Part shown: piece after piece, positions 1 to 10,499 of the stretch
Numbering within the stretch: position 1 is the first letter of the stretch
How the letters are laid out: every line of letters begins with the position of its first letter
Source of the DNA: Tubiluchus corallicola
Lineage: Eukaryota; Animalia; Priapulida
Direction: 5' to 3'
Assembly: GCA_030141605.1 (NCBI GenBank)
Contig: JAQGDQ010001124.1
Coordinates: forward strand, 35,856 to 60,907
Length of the DNA stretch: 25,052 bases
Program-made: the position numbers and the translations under genes
The notes under the pieces: model-generated
What the model was told of the DNA's origin: nothing
The model's input: the letters and a program-made list of their open reading frames with translations, nothing else
Database searches by the model: none

Positions 1-688
1 AAATCTTTTTTCTAAGATCTAGATTGGGGCTTATTTGGTAAAATTGATAGGATTATTACATACATCTCTGTTCTGCATGTATTTTATCTCTGTTAGTTTT
101 TGGCATTCATTTATTATACATGTTTTTGAGCTATGCCTGTACCAGCTAATCTCATGTACTTTTTTATTACAGCTATGGATAAACAAGTCATAGAAATACA
201 TGAAGAAGTCAAATACGTGTAAGTACATAAATAGTATAGTGAATATGTATTTATAATTGTGTGAACTTCTATGTATTAGCAGTATAAGATAATCCTAAAG
301 ACTTTTAAATGCTCTCTCTTTGTGATCATTCCATGTTCACTAGCTAGTTTAGGGATGATAATGTTGCGCATTTCTCTAGGATATTTCAGGAATTTCTTTG
401 CCAGGAAGCGAGGTCCCGGAACTATGCAGGATTGTCCACATACAGGGCTGGCTATAGGTAGTTTGACGCCTTAGACAAACGTAGTTTTAGTGCCCCTTCT
501 CAACTGTCAACCCCTTCCTATGGCGGCCATTGAGTTTTTGTTGTATGTAATAAAGTATAATGGTACAGTAACAGAGCGAGCATTTCAATATTGTAAATGC
601 TTTGCGTAGTCTGCTTGCCTGTTTGCGTCTGTGTCTTGTGAACGTACGCCACTTGTAAAAAGCAACTTCTGCGAATGCTCTGCAGCCG

Positions 689-1204
689 TGAGATTATAAT
701 ACTTAACAGTTAGGAATTACTTACCTTACCAATGGATGTATGCTAGAAGCTGTTACTCTAGCCAATCAGATGTGCATTAGGATGTGTCTTATATTACTGC
801 GCTTAAAGAACAATCAGCAGCAACTTAGAAGTAGTGCCCGTCTCTGTGGTGACATAACAGCAGAGGACGTTACTATGGTGACAGGTCAGCAGAGGATGTT
901 ACTATCGTGACAGATCAGCAGAGGCTCGTTGCTAGGTGTTACTAAGGATAGATATTTTTAGATGTGACATAAGTTAAGTAAGTTTAGCCTCAGAATTGGG
1001 GTATATAAGGAACAGTAATATCAGCTGGAAGATAGTCAGTTTGTAGACTCAAGTGCTTTGCTATAGTTTCAGCACCAGGCTTTATCTTTATACATGTATT
1101 AAAGTGCACTAATTAGCTGTAGTTAATTACCTATCTACAGCTTGTGTTGATTTCATTTAAAGTTAAATTTATGACTCCATTGTATGTCCCTGGCATGTTA
1201 CTCA
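689..1204 (+). mobile_element. Possible solo-LTR-like element
   Basis: TGAG...CTCA ends, CCAATCAG (~762), three ~29-bp internal repeats (~858-935), GGGTATATAAGG TATA box (~1000) and ATTAAA (~1098). The 3' part recurs at ~2908-3000. No target-site duplication found. Confidence 0.35.
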
Positions 1205-1327
1205 GACAAACCCACTCGCTTGGTTAAAGAACCAGTGGTACCATTTTTTGGTATGGTCTGACTCGGTCCAGAGTTGAACCCATGACCTCATGAACCCAAG
1301 CGAGCACGCTACCATTGAGCTACCATC
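1205..1327 (-). mobile_element. tRNA-derived SINE 5' region
   Basis: Minus strand reads GGTAGCTCAATGGTAGCGTGCTCGC...GAGGTCATGGGTTCAACTCTGGACCGAGTC: Pol III A box and B box followed by a non-tRNA body. Confidence 0.65.
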
Positions 1328-1616
1328 TTCATGTGCATACTCTTAGCTTGAATTTCTCTCATTTTTTTCTTCCGTAAATTTCTGAAATTCAGTCTTTTTT
1401 ATACACTCCAATTCCTAGCTTCATCATCTTTACAGCCATAACTCTGGCCTGGTTGTAAATAGTTCATTAACGAATCTTTCCTCTGCTCAGTGTATGCCAG
1501 CTTTTTTTACCTTCCCTTTCAGTATTGGCCTTCTGAACGCTTCAATTCTTATAAATTTATTTCCCATAATTAGGTAAACGCTATTGCACAAGCTTTTTCT
1601 GTTGAAGTAGTGATTA

Positions 1617-2082
1617 CAGGGTTCCTACTGTCAGGGAAGATCCTGGAAAATCCTTGAAAATACAGGCTATACTGGAAAGTCATGGAAAAGTCCGGGAAAA
1701 TGACAAAAATGTGGCAAAAAGTCAGAGAAATGCGAAATAAGTACAGTGAACACTTATTTTTCCAAACATATTTTTAGCAATTCGTGTTTAAATGAAATTT
1801 TCCTATGACAGGCTCCCAGTTTCGATTTCTGTTCCAAAAATAATGATTGGATTAAGAAAGTTTATTTAATGTGATTAGTGTAATTTCGTTAGCATTACTG
1901 TGCCAACACGTTATATATATATATCAGTATATGTATGAATGTCCATATACAAAAATGTTTGAATATGTATACTGGTAATACAATTTCTGCTTATCTTGGT
2001 CACGGAAAATCAATATTCAGTCAGGGAAAAGTCATGGAAAAGTCAGGAAAATTTATTTTAAAATAATCTGTGCAAATCCTAT
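1617..2082. mobile_element. Non-autonomous DNA transposon (MITE) with CAGGGTTCCTAC terminus
   Basis: Starts CAGGGTTCCTAC; subterminal arrays of (A)GTCA(G/T)GGAAA at both ends; degenerate right terminus. Confidence 0.55.
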
Positions 2083-2374
2083 GGTTATTTTTTCTGCTAC
2101 TCCATGCATACCATGTAAACTGTGGTCAAATGTAAGGTAAGCTCATTAGTGATATCTGCATCAGTGACGTGTTCTTAAGAAGCCAGATAGAGCAAAAGTA
2201 GAAAGTGTTTTACTGAGTGAAGAGGGCTTCCTGTTAGTGTTGTCAAATTCCCCTGTTAATAAGACCCCATTTGAAACTACTTGTTTTCCACTAAAAAATA
2301 CGTTCTCTAAAGAAAGTAACAAAACTGTGTTATTCTAAAAATGGTTTGGCTGATTTTGCTGGTTTTTCTTGCAA

Positions 2375-2826
2375 TAATATCAGATAGAACTGACTCTAGG
2401 TAACTGGACATCCTAGACAAAAGTTTCTTAGATCAATATTGTGCAGGACTGACCTTAGATAATTGGACGTCCTAAGCAAAAGTTTCTTGGGTCAATATTA
2501 GGCAGGAGTGACCTTAGATAATTGGATGTCCTAAGCAAAAGTTTCTTGGGTCAATATTAGGCAGGAGTGACCTTAGATAATTGGATGTCCTAAGCAAAAG
2601 TTTCTTGGGTCAATATTAGGCAGGACTGACCTTAGATAATTGGATGTCCTAAGCAAAAGTTTCTTGGGTCAATATTAGGCAGAACTGACTCTAGATAATT
2701 GGATGTCCTAAGCAAAAGTTTCTTGGATCAATATTGGGCAGAACTGACTCTAGGTAATTGGATGTCCTAAGCAAAAGTTTCTTGGATCAATATTGGGCAG
2801 AACTGACTCTAGGTAATTGGATGCTC
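2375..2826. repeat. 59-bp minisatellite, about 7.5 copies
   Basis: Unit AGCAAAAGTTTCTTGGGTCAATATTAGGCAGGAGTGACCTTAGATAATTGGATGTCCTA repeats head-to-tail with period 59 and no spacers. Confidence 0.95.
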
Positions 2827-2907
2827 CAGCCAAAAATTATCAATGGTCAACCACTCACAAAATTGAACTTTTGCAGTGTATAATAAAATATGATGATACT
2901 TGTGCCT

Positions 2908-3000
2908 TAGGCTTATGTATTAAAGTGTACTCGTAGCTAATTACCTATCTACAGCTTGTGTTCGCTTCATTTGAAATTGAATTTTTGGTCTCATTATACA
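2908..3000 (+). repeat. Diverged second copy of ~1078-1185
   Basis: Shares ATGTATTAAAGTG...TAATTACCTATCTACAGCTTGTGTT...TTCATTT with the 1.1-kb region. Confidence 0.75.
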
Positions 3001-3358
3001 TCGCATATCTTCAGGAGAAATGAAAATTGCTATAATTTCTGCTGCACACTCTTCATACACAAACTTTTCGCTGTGTACGTCTTATTAAAATAAGCATCCA
3101 TACATTTTGTAAGTTTTATAAACACAGGTGCAGTAGAAGTACCACAAATTCCATGCCTAATTGTGTTACAAAATAAATTATGTAGCAGAATATGAAATAA
3201 ATTATAAAAGAGAAATTGGTCTAATTGGTTAAAGACTGTCCCTGCTCCTATTCAACTACGGCACTCATAGATTCCCATTCTGTGTTAAAATTAGACTTTA
3301 TTAATATTTCATATAAACTTGACTTTAGAATGGCATGGAAATTATATCAAACATTATA

Positions 3359-3825
3359 TTAACCCTTTCATACCCGTTGTATCCTGTGGGATACGAGAAT
3401 ATTTTCTGCCTTTAAAATTAATAAAATTTTAAAACTGATGTTTATTTGATCTGTTAATAGTTATTTTGATTTAAGCTAATAACAATAGACTAAAAATGGT
3501 GATAAAATGGCAAACTAGAAAATCTACGTAGCATAAAAAACTGCGCAAGGTACAGTACTCTAGAGACAACTTTGTACAGATCAGCATAGCGTGCATACTA
3601 AATGTCTTAAATACTTTAAAAAATTATCAGCAGTTGCAAACTGAAGCACATTTTATGCTTCCGTTGAATCCTAATGTATCCCGTGGGATACTGGCTATAT
3701 TTAGCACGCGGGCACAGGTAGAAAAAGATAATTATGATGTGTGAACAAGATGGACATACTGAACAAAAGTACCAAGCCAAAAATTTTTTCTTATTAAAAA
3801 AATAATTTGGGGCTGAAAGGGTTAA
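3359..3825. mobile_element. piggyBac-type MITE with TTAA target-site duplication
   Basis: TTAA-CCCTTTCA ... TGAAAGGG-TTAA termini. An internal near-palindrome GTATCC(T/C)GTGGGATAC occurs twice (~3379, ~3676). Confidence 0.8.
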
Positions 3826-3937
3826 CAGAGTTCAAGTAGAAAAAGTAAAAATACAGGGCTTTTTGAGTACAACTATTTATTTATTATTTAGTAAATAAAT
3901 AAAAAAAATCCTAAACTGTCAGGTTTAATAAACATAC

Positions 3938-4198
3938 CATAAATGAGAATGTCTCGCAAAGCAAAGCCCGTCCCATAACCGTTTGACGCGTCGCATCGGT
4001 ACAATCCGGCAGACTCTCGCGTCGTGTTTTTCACCATAAGGCGGCGACCTGTTGTACCTTTGGGAACTTTTGGACCCACCCAGATGTAGGTAGGTTCTGG
4101 TTTTGCATGCACAGCGCACTCTAGCATAAACTCACTACCGGCTATGGTCTCGTTGCCATCAATATTAGTAGATTTTATTTCAAAGCCACGTACCAAAT
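3938..4198 (-). CDS. Ig-superfamily gene, exon D (Ig domain 3, I-set-like)
   Basis: Acceptor ttttcttttgctttaAG|AT and donor G|GTATGT; 261 nt, phase 1-1. YLVRGFEI...FMLECAVHAKPEPTYIW...LMVKNTTRESAGLYRCDASNGYGTG has the canonical G-x-Y-x-C-x-A-x-N-xx-G motif. Confidence 0.92.
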
Positions 4199-4199
4199 C

Positions 4200-4878
4200 T
4201 TAAAGCAAAAGAAAACCTTCCACTTACATGAAGCTTAAAAAATTTGCCTTGAAATTTTATACCACTTACATCTGCCTTTCTGCATGCAGGGCTTGCATCG
4301 GCAGTAACACTACATAAAACTTGTAAATTTAAACTTCCACGATGACCATTAGGCACAGCCATTTTAATGGTAGGTCGTTTGAAACAAGTTTAGATAACAC
4401 TGAGTAACGTTTGAAAAAATAATCAGAGCATTCGTAGCATACATGTTACTAAGTAGAATTTAAAATTACTGTATCTTGTCAATAAGATTAAAAATACGTT
4501 TTTGGTTAGTGAGTGGTGCTCCCTGGAGGGTGAGCCAGTGACATTTTACCAATTGGCACGAACATTATTTCAAATTATTATTTCTACTTACACAAGTCTT
4601 CGAGCAGGTAAGTGAAATGCCAAGTAATATATCTTTGCATGAAAAGTTATTTGGGGACGTAGTTTAACATTTCCTTTTCATTCCCTGATTTACAATGTGT
4701 GTATATGACGTCATGTAATGGCGTGGTTAGAACAGGATTGCAGGAGAGTTAAAATGAAATGAACAAAAATTCCTTTCAACGCGACTACGATATACGCATA
4801 AACTTGCTGTAAAGTAATATAATTTTTAAGGTGATTTTTCTGAAACCTACTTCAGGTGCGCCTTTTTTGGTCCTTTAA
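4200..4878. mobile_element. Kolobok/T2-like MITE, copy 1
   Basis: TTAAAGCAAAAGAAAA ... GGTCCTTTAA termini. 4200-4742 aligns by eye to the reverse complement of ~6776-7318. Confidence 0.65.
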
Positions 4879-4922
4879 AAACGTACAAACAATCAGAATC
4901 AAACATTGAATAAATGCTGCAA

Positions 4923-5432
4923 TTAAAGGAAAAGAGAAGTCATTCAAAACGTTGGGTTTATTTTGCATGTTATCACTTAAACATAATATTTAATACATAA
5001 TATTTAATACATAATATTAATTCATACTACGAGTGTATAGACATCAGGTGCGATGGCTGCCACCATTCACTTGAAAATTATGACATCACTGGTGGACTTC
5101 GTGACTTTTTCTAAGCGCATCGTGGCTTTCCGCGAGCGAGCGTTGCTCAAACTAATTCAAACTTCTGCAGCTTACCTAGTATTTGTAAAAGCTTATTATA
5201 CTTTTGAGGGAAATTGACTATGCGCTGCTTTTCTTCAGTCGATGAATGACGTCATTGGTGGAAGAGTGGGCGTCCAAAATGGGAGGGCCCAAGTGTGAAA
5301 TGATCAGGACTTTAAAGTGACTTTACTAGTTACATGAGGCGTTTAGTGCAGTTTTATTAGCAAATCCTTCGAACATTTTTCACCAACGTAAAAGTAAGCC
5401 TAACTTCTAAGACGGTTTAGTGTTTCCTTTAA
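4923..5432. mobile_element. Second Kolobok/T2-like MITE (different family)
   Basis: TTAAAGGAAA ... TTTCCTTTAA termini (TTAA plus AGG/CCT). Confidence 0.5.
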
Positions 5433-5636
5433 GCCTGTTTTATCACTATGTCAGCAGAGGTTGCTCTCGCACATTTTGTTTTTGGTTCTTCAATAGCGAC
5501 TGTTTATTCGCAGAACCTGTTTTTCTGTATGTGAGTGCGCGTGTGCATACGCGCATGTGTGCATGCGTGCATAAGTGTGCTTCAACTTATTACGTGCGAC
5601 ATCCGTTCAAACAAAAGATTAAACGACCTGACTTAC

Positions 5637-5822
5637 AGTTAACATCCAATGTCTTCTTGACAGATACTGGTTTCAGACGACTATGTACGAACATCTTACA
5701 CTCGACTTGCCCACCGTCTTCCTCGGGTTTGAACCCGTAATTAACAGTGCTGACGTAGGTCGTGTTTTCACCATCGTAGAAACTATTCTGCTTTGAAGAA
5801 GTAAGTCCCATCGTGTTGTTTC
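5637..5822 (-). CDS. Ig-superfamily gene, exon C (C-half of Ig domain 2)
   Basis: Acceptor tttttctAG|GA and donor T|GTAAGT; 186 nt, phase 1-1. GNNTMGLTSS...TYVSTVNYGFKPEEDGGQVECKMFVHSRLKPVSVKKTLDVN supplies the second Cys (D-G-xxx-C) and joins exon B in frame. Confidence 0.87.
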
Positions 5823-5930
5823 CTAGAAAAATTATTCCCAATTACGTTGTTACGAATTCTAGCTGGCATAAATTTGCAAAAAAGAAAAATTTTCACTGCT
5901 GTGTTCAATAAGTCTTTTCGCAGTTTCGCT

Positions 5931-6308
5931 GTGCGCACGCGCAGTTGCTGTAGGTCAAAAGTTAAGTGTAAGGCGTCTTAACTACAAGCGTCACATGACA
6001 TATGTGTAAAGCAAACCCGTCTGTCACATTAGTTCAGTAACTACAGTTGTTTTACGTGGACTTTACCTAATTATGCATTAGTCTGTGCTTAGAGTGATTT
6101 ACTATCAGGATCTTGCTTGGGAACAAGAAACAATGAACTAGGTAAGGTTCTAGCTAGTTGTTAAAACTGTTACTATTACAATAGCAAGGGCTGCAAAACG
6201 TTGTCATGTGTACACAAATGCGTTGTCTGGTAGACTTAACCTCTGACCTTTTTACAATCTCCGATCAATCACTGGAACTGTGAAAAGGCTTAACGTTGCA
6301 TCTCAACA
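5931..6308. repeat. Intronic direct repeat, copy 1
   Basis: Aligns with 7788-8178; shared blocks include CAGGATCTTGCTTGGGAACAAGAAA and TGTTAAAACTGTTACTATTACAATAGCA. Confidence 0.9.
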
Positions 6309-6362
6309 TTTTAGTAAAATAGCTGTGTGGTCACGGTGTGACTATAGTACTGTTAAACATAC

Positions 6363-6506
6363 CAATAGTCCACTCGAATACAGGAGGTGGATTTCCATTG
6401 ACTGTAGAGCAAGCCAGCTTTGTGTAACTGCCATTTGAACTCACCGTTACTGTGTCTTCCGGTTGCAGTTGATCGTTAACTATAAACAGTCCCGGAGTTG
6501 TTTGTG
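6363..6506 (-). CDS. Ig-superfamily gene, exon B (N-half of Ig domain 2, C2-set/CD80-like)
   Basis: Acceptor ctcttttcAG|CA and donor G|GTATGT; 144 nt, phase 1-1. TQTTPGLFIVNDQLQPEDTVTVSSNGSYTKLACSTVNGNPPPVFEWTI contains the C-xxx-NGNPPP-xxx-W motif. Confidence 0.88.
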
Positions 6507-6540
6507 CTGAAAAGAGAAAAATCTTCAAAAACATGTAGCG

Positions 6541-6571
<31 letters not shown>

Positions 6572-6641
6572 CTGCAACTGCTTAAAGATATTCCTCTTTT
6601 AGGAGCATCAATAAATACAGATAAATACTCATATAATGCAC

Positions 6642-7318
6642 TTAAAGGAGAAGGAAAGGCAATTTTCAAACATGTCCCGAAAAATTTTTCCACACAAAGT
6701 TATATTACTTGGCATTACGCCTTGTTATTTAAAAGATTTGCGTAACTAGAAAAGAAAATCCATGCTAGTTTAAGAAGCAATACTGTTCCGACGGCGCCAT
6801 TACATGACGTCACTTACTCAAACGTAAATCAGGGAAAAAAAGGAAATGTCAAACTATGTCCCAAAAAACTTTCCATGCAAAGTTATATTACTTAGCATTT
6901 TGCTTACTTGCTGGAAAGACTTGTGCAAGTAGAAATAATAATTTAAAATGTTCGTGACAATTGGTAAAATGTCGCTGACTCACCTCAGGGGTGTGCCACT
7001 CACTAACCAAAAAACATATTTTTAATCTTATTGACACGATGCAGTAATTTAAACTTTTGCTTAGTTAGCGAAGTGTGCGCTACCAAAGCGCAGACTATTT
7101 TTTGAAAACTTTGCTCAATGTTATTTAAATTTGTTTCAAACGACTTATCGTCAAAATGGCTGCACCTAACGGTCATCGCGGAAGTCTAAATTCAAAAGTT
7201 TTATACAGCGTTACTACAAACGCAAGCTCTGTGTGCAATAAGACAGTATATAGGTACTGCAAAATTTCAAGAGTAATTTTTTAACTTTATGTAAGTAAAG
7301 AATTTTCTTCTGCTTTGA
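6642..7318. mobile_element. Kolobok/T2-like MITE, copy 2, inverted relative to copy 1
   Basis: TTAAAGGAGAAGGAAAG ... TTTTCTTCTGCTTTGA termini; 677 bp versus 679 bp for copy 1; long inverted homology between the two. Confidence 0.65.
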
Positions 7319-7787
7319 CTCCCCCTATTGAGAAAGCAGTGGTCAGCTGGTCACATCCACATAATGCACCTCTCCAGTGCATGCGATCTTTTTTGCTGTA
7401 ACTTGAACTGTTATAAACCCCGAAATTATCACATAAGAAGGGAAGAATGGGAATCATCCTGGCTCTTCTTAGCGTTTGCCGCCTATGTTTTTCATGTAAG
7501 AGACGGAAGACGGTAGGCTGCTGCCCAAGCTCAGCACTAAGCACAGTCACTCAGGTCTGTCTATTTCACTGCTACGGCCACGCAAAAACATTGTAGAAAA
7601 TTTTAACAGCCATGGGATTGGGCTTACTTTGCAGCAAATAACGCTAACCAGCCAACCAGCATCTGGATGCAGGTTCATTCCACAATACTGTATGGTATTT
7701 TCCCATGCAAAATCACTCGTAGATCGTTGATGAAACTTGAGTGTGTATGTGTATGTGTGTGTGTGTGCGTGCGTGCGTATGTGCATT

Positions 7788-8178
7788 GTACGCACGCACA
7801 GTAGCTGTAGTTGAAAGATTAAGTATACCACAGCAACACGTCTTAACTATAACCGTCACATGACATGTGGATAAAGCAAAGCCATCTCCTGCATCAGTTC
7901 AGTAACTTCAGTTATTTTACATGAAGCTTTACTTAATTATGTGTTAGTCTGTGTGTAGAGTGATTTACTAGCAGGATCTTGCTTGGGAACAAGAAAAAAT
8001 GAACTAGGCAATGTTCTAGCTAGCTGTTAAAACTGTTACTATTACAATAGCATGAGCTGCAAGACAGTGTCAAGTGTACACAAATGCATTGTCTGGTACA
8101 CTTGACCTTTGACCTTTTCACGATCATCATCATCATTCACTGGAACTGTTAAAAGGCTTATTTTCTTGCATTCTTAAC
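7788..8178. repeat. Intronic direct repeat, copy 2
   Basis: Matches 5931-6308. Confidence 0.9.
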
Positions 8179-8233
8179 TGTTGCTACATACGATACATAA
8201 GATAGAATAGATATATAGAAATACAGTACTTAC

Positions 8234-8566
8234 TAATTACAACTATCTTTCCCACTCGTGAGCTCAAAGTGAAAAATGCAGAATACCGACACACGAATCT
8301 GTCCCCGTTATCTCGAGAATAATTTAAGCTAGAGATGACAATACTTTGATTCCATGATTTCAAGTGGTTATTGTCTGCAAACTCCATATACTCTTCGGCC
8401 GTTACATTAATTTCAACATCATTTCTCAGCCAAGATGTGTTAACGTCCTTTCTAACAAGATATTCGTCATTGATCACGCACTGTATCACAATCGATGCCC
8501 CGGGAAGATCGTCCAAAATTTTCTGTGGTTCTGCAGTGAAAGGATTTCGATCATCGCCTTGAGTTC
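8234..8566 (-). CDS. Ig-superfamily gene, internal exon A (Ig domain 1)
   Basis: Acceptor tttttcAG|GA and donor A|GTAAGT; 333 nt, phase 1-1. Translates xTQGDDRNPFTAEPQKILDDLPGASIVIQC...NTSWLRND...SIVISSLNYSRDNGDRFVCRYSAFFTLSSRVGKIVVI, with the Ig Cys-Trp-Cys pattern and several NxS/T sequons. Confidence 0.88.
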
Positions 8567-8589
8567 CTGAAAAATACAGTTACTAAAAT

Positions 8590-8745
8590 TCATTTATTTT
8601 ATTTATTTGTTTATTTTATTTTATTCACACCCAATAGTAAAATACAGTCTTTAACAAAAACAATATAATATACAACACGTTGGCAAAAAACATATACAAA
8701 TACAATATTTACAAGAGTGTGGTAAAGACACAAGGAGACTAACTG
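8590..8745 (-). mobile_element. LINE 3' tail fragment (same as ~9000-9143)
   Basis: Near-identical to ~9000-9143, including the (TTTA)n tail. Confidence 0.75.
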
Positions 8746-8999
8746 TTCATGAGCTCTCGAACGTGTACACTACGTCACAACTGAACGTGTCGGTACTGCG
8801 AGGTACAGCACCTGTTTTGTGCAACGGGTTAGGCAGGTTGTTTGTGAGGTCCTGTTTAAAGATTGGATCCGGTTTTCCTTTAAAGTTCTACCGATAGGCA
8901 TTGATTGTTATTGAAGCTAAAAGTACTGATGGTGTGATTTTATGGAGTTAATAAAATGAATTGAATTGATATTTGTGCAGAGTGGAGTGAGTTTCGATT

Positions 9000-10300
9000 T
9001 TATTCATTTTATTTATTTTATTCACACCCAACAGCAAAATACAGTCTACAATAAAAATAATATAATATACAACACGTTGGCAAAAAACATACAAATACAA
9101 TATTTACAAGAGTGTGGTAAAGACACAAGGAGATTAACTGCTTACGTGTGCCTATTGTGTACAAGAAATTTATGCAAGTTAATTTTATATAAATGGCCTT
9201 TAATTAACTTAATATTTTGTGCATTTACGAGGGGTGCACCATCAACATATGCGGGTAATGAGTTCCAAATTGGTACAACTAAATTTGAAAAAATTGGTCA
9301 AATGATACTTTAGCTGTTCGATTCACTAAAGCTTCGATTACTAAAGCTTCAGAGAATGATTTTGCCTTGTTCTATTGTAAGATACACGGGTAAAAATTTG
9401 TCAAAATAAAATGGTAAATAATTTATCAAAATATTACAATGATATTTATATAGGTAACGCCAGTCATAACAGTGAAAACTATAATCAGTTAATTCATATT
9501 GCTTTTAGGGTAACAAGTGACAGGTGAGTATGGACTAATTAGTTAAAAATCATCATAAAACCAATGGCGATAATACTCAAAAGTACTTTTTTCTCTGAAC
9601 ATTAACATTTTGTTACAATCTATACTCTGTAGCAGAAAAGGCGACAGAAGAAAATTATTTTTAACACAACTTTTCAACAAAGCACTAAAAATTTGTTAAA
9701 ATTGAGAGTAAAAACTAGCAAAGAGCTCATATCGTAACACTTTACCTTTCAAGCTCAACAAGGTGAAAAATGCTAAACAGACATTCTGCACCAGATCCAT
9801 CTAAATAGAAACTTGTGAAATAGTCAATGCAGATAGTGCACAATGATAGTCAGTTCTCAGCAGCATTGTTGAATGCAGATCTAACAATGAAAGTTCCACT
9901 AAAAAGTAACAAAAAACAGGTCACCCAAAGGTGGTTCTATCATTAAATGCATAATTATAAGTATGACCTCTCATATCTAACAGTGTACACTCAACAGGCT
10001 TCAAATTCAATTGCAAAAGCCACGGTGGCACTAATCAGATCAAATGTTTGATCAGAATCAAGGTCAAGCTGCAGCACTGCTTAGTCAAACTGAGGAGGCT
10101 TGGGTCACTAAATAATTTAATATCATCAACAAGCAGTCTTACCTTGGAGGAAACACAATCCGGTATGCCGTTAACGTGTAAAATAAACTAAGTAAGCTGC
10201 AATAAAAATATGGACAGTGACTTAAGTCGTTCTTTACCGCTCTTAATAACCCTCCATAACTCAGTAACTGACCATTATTCATAACAACTGCAAATAGGTG
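9000..10300 (-). mobile_element. Degraded CR1/L2-group LINE (RT plus 3' end)
   Basis: Minus-strand translation gives FILHVNGIPDCVSSKVRLLVDDIKLF (decayed FADD motif, ~10110-10190) and FSNLVVPIWNSLP (~9255-9295), ending in an (AAAT)n-type tail; many frameshifts. Confidence 0.75.
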
Positions 10301-10499
10301 TGTGTATGCAGAAGCCAAGAATTATTAATGAAAAATATCACAAACAGACTGTAATAAAGAAAATATCTAAATCAGAATGCAAAGCAGACGCGGCACAAGA
10401 ACATAGTAACATGCGCATTTCAAGAATTGTACATTCGTGTGGAACTGACTGTAATAATTTCTTACTGCCCGATGCGTCTACACGCTATGCGCCTACACA

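Noticed and set aside
1255-1327. tRNA gene on the minus strand
   Set aside because: A and B boxes are present but there is no convincing cloverleaf or acceptor stem, and it continues into a SINE-like body.
2161-2306. Possible terminal exon of the Ig gene (ENVFFSGKQ...LRTRH*)
   Set aside because: It has a phase-compatible AG and an open frame, but no TM segment, domain or other support; it could easily be chance.
2375-2826. CRISPR-like array (also considered for 20240-21460 and 21523-22308)
   Set aside because: Units are contiguous with no unique spacers, there are no cas genes, and the context is eukaryotic.
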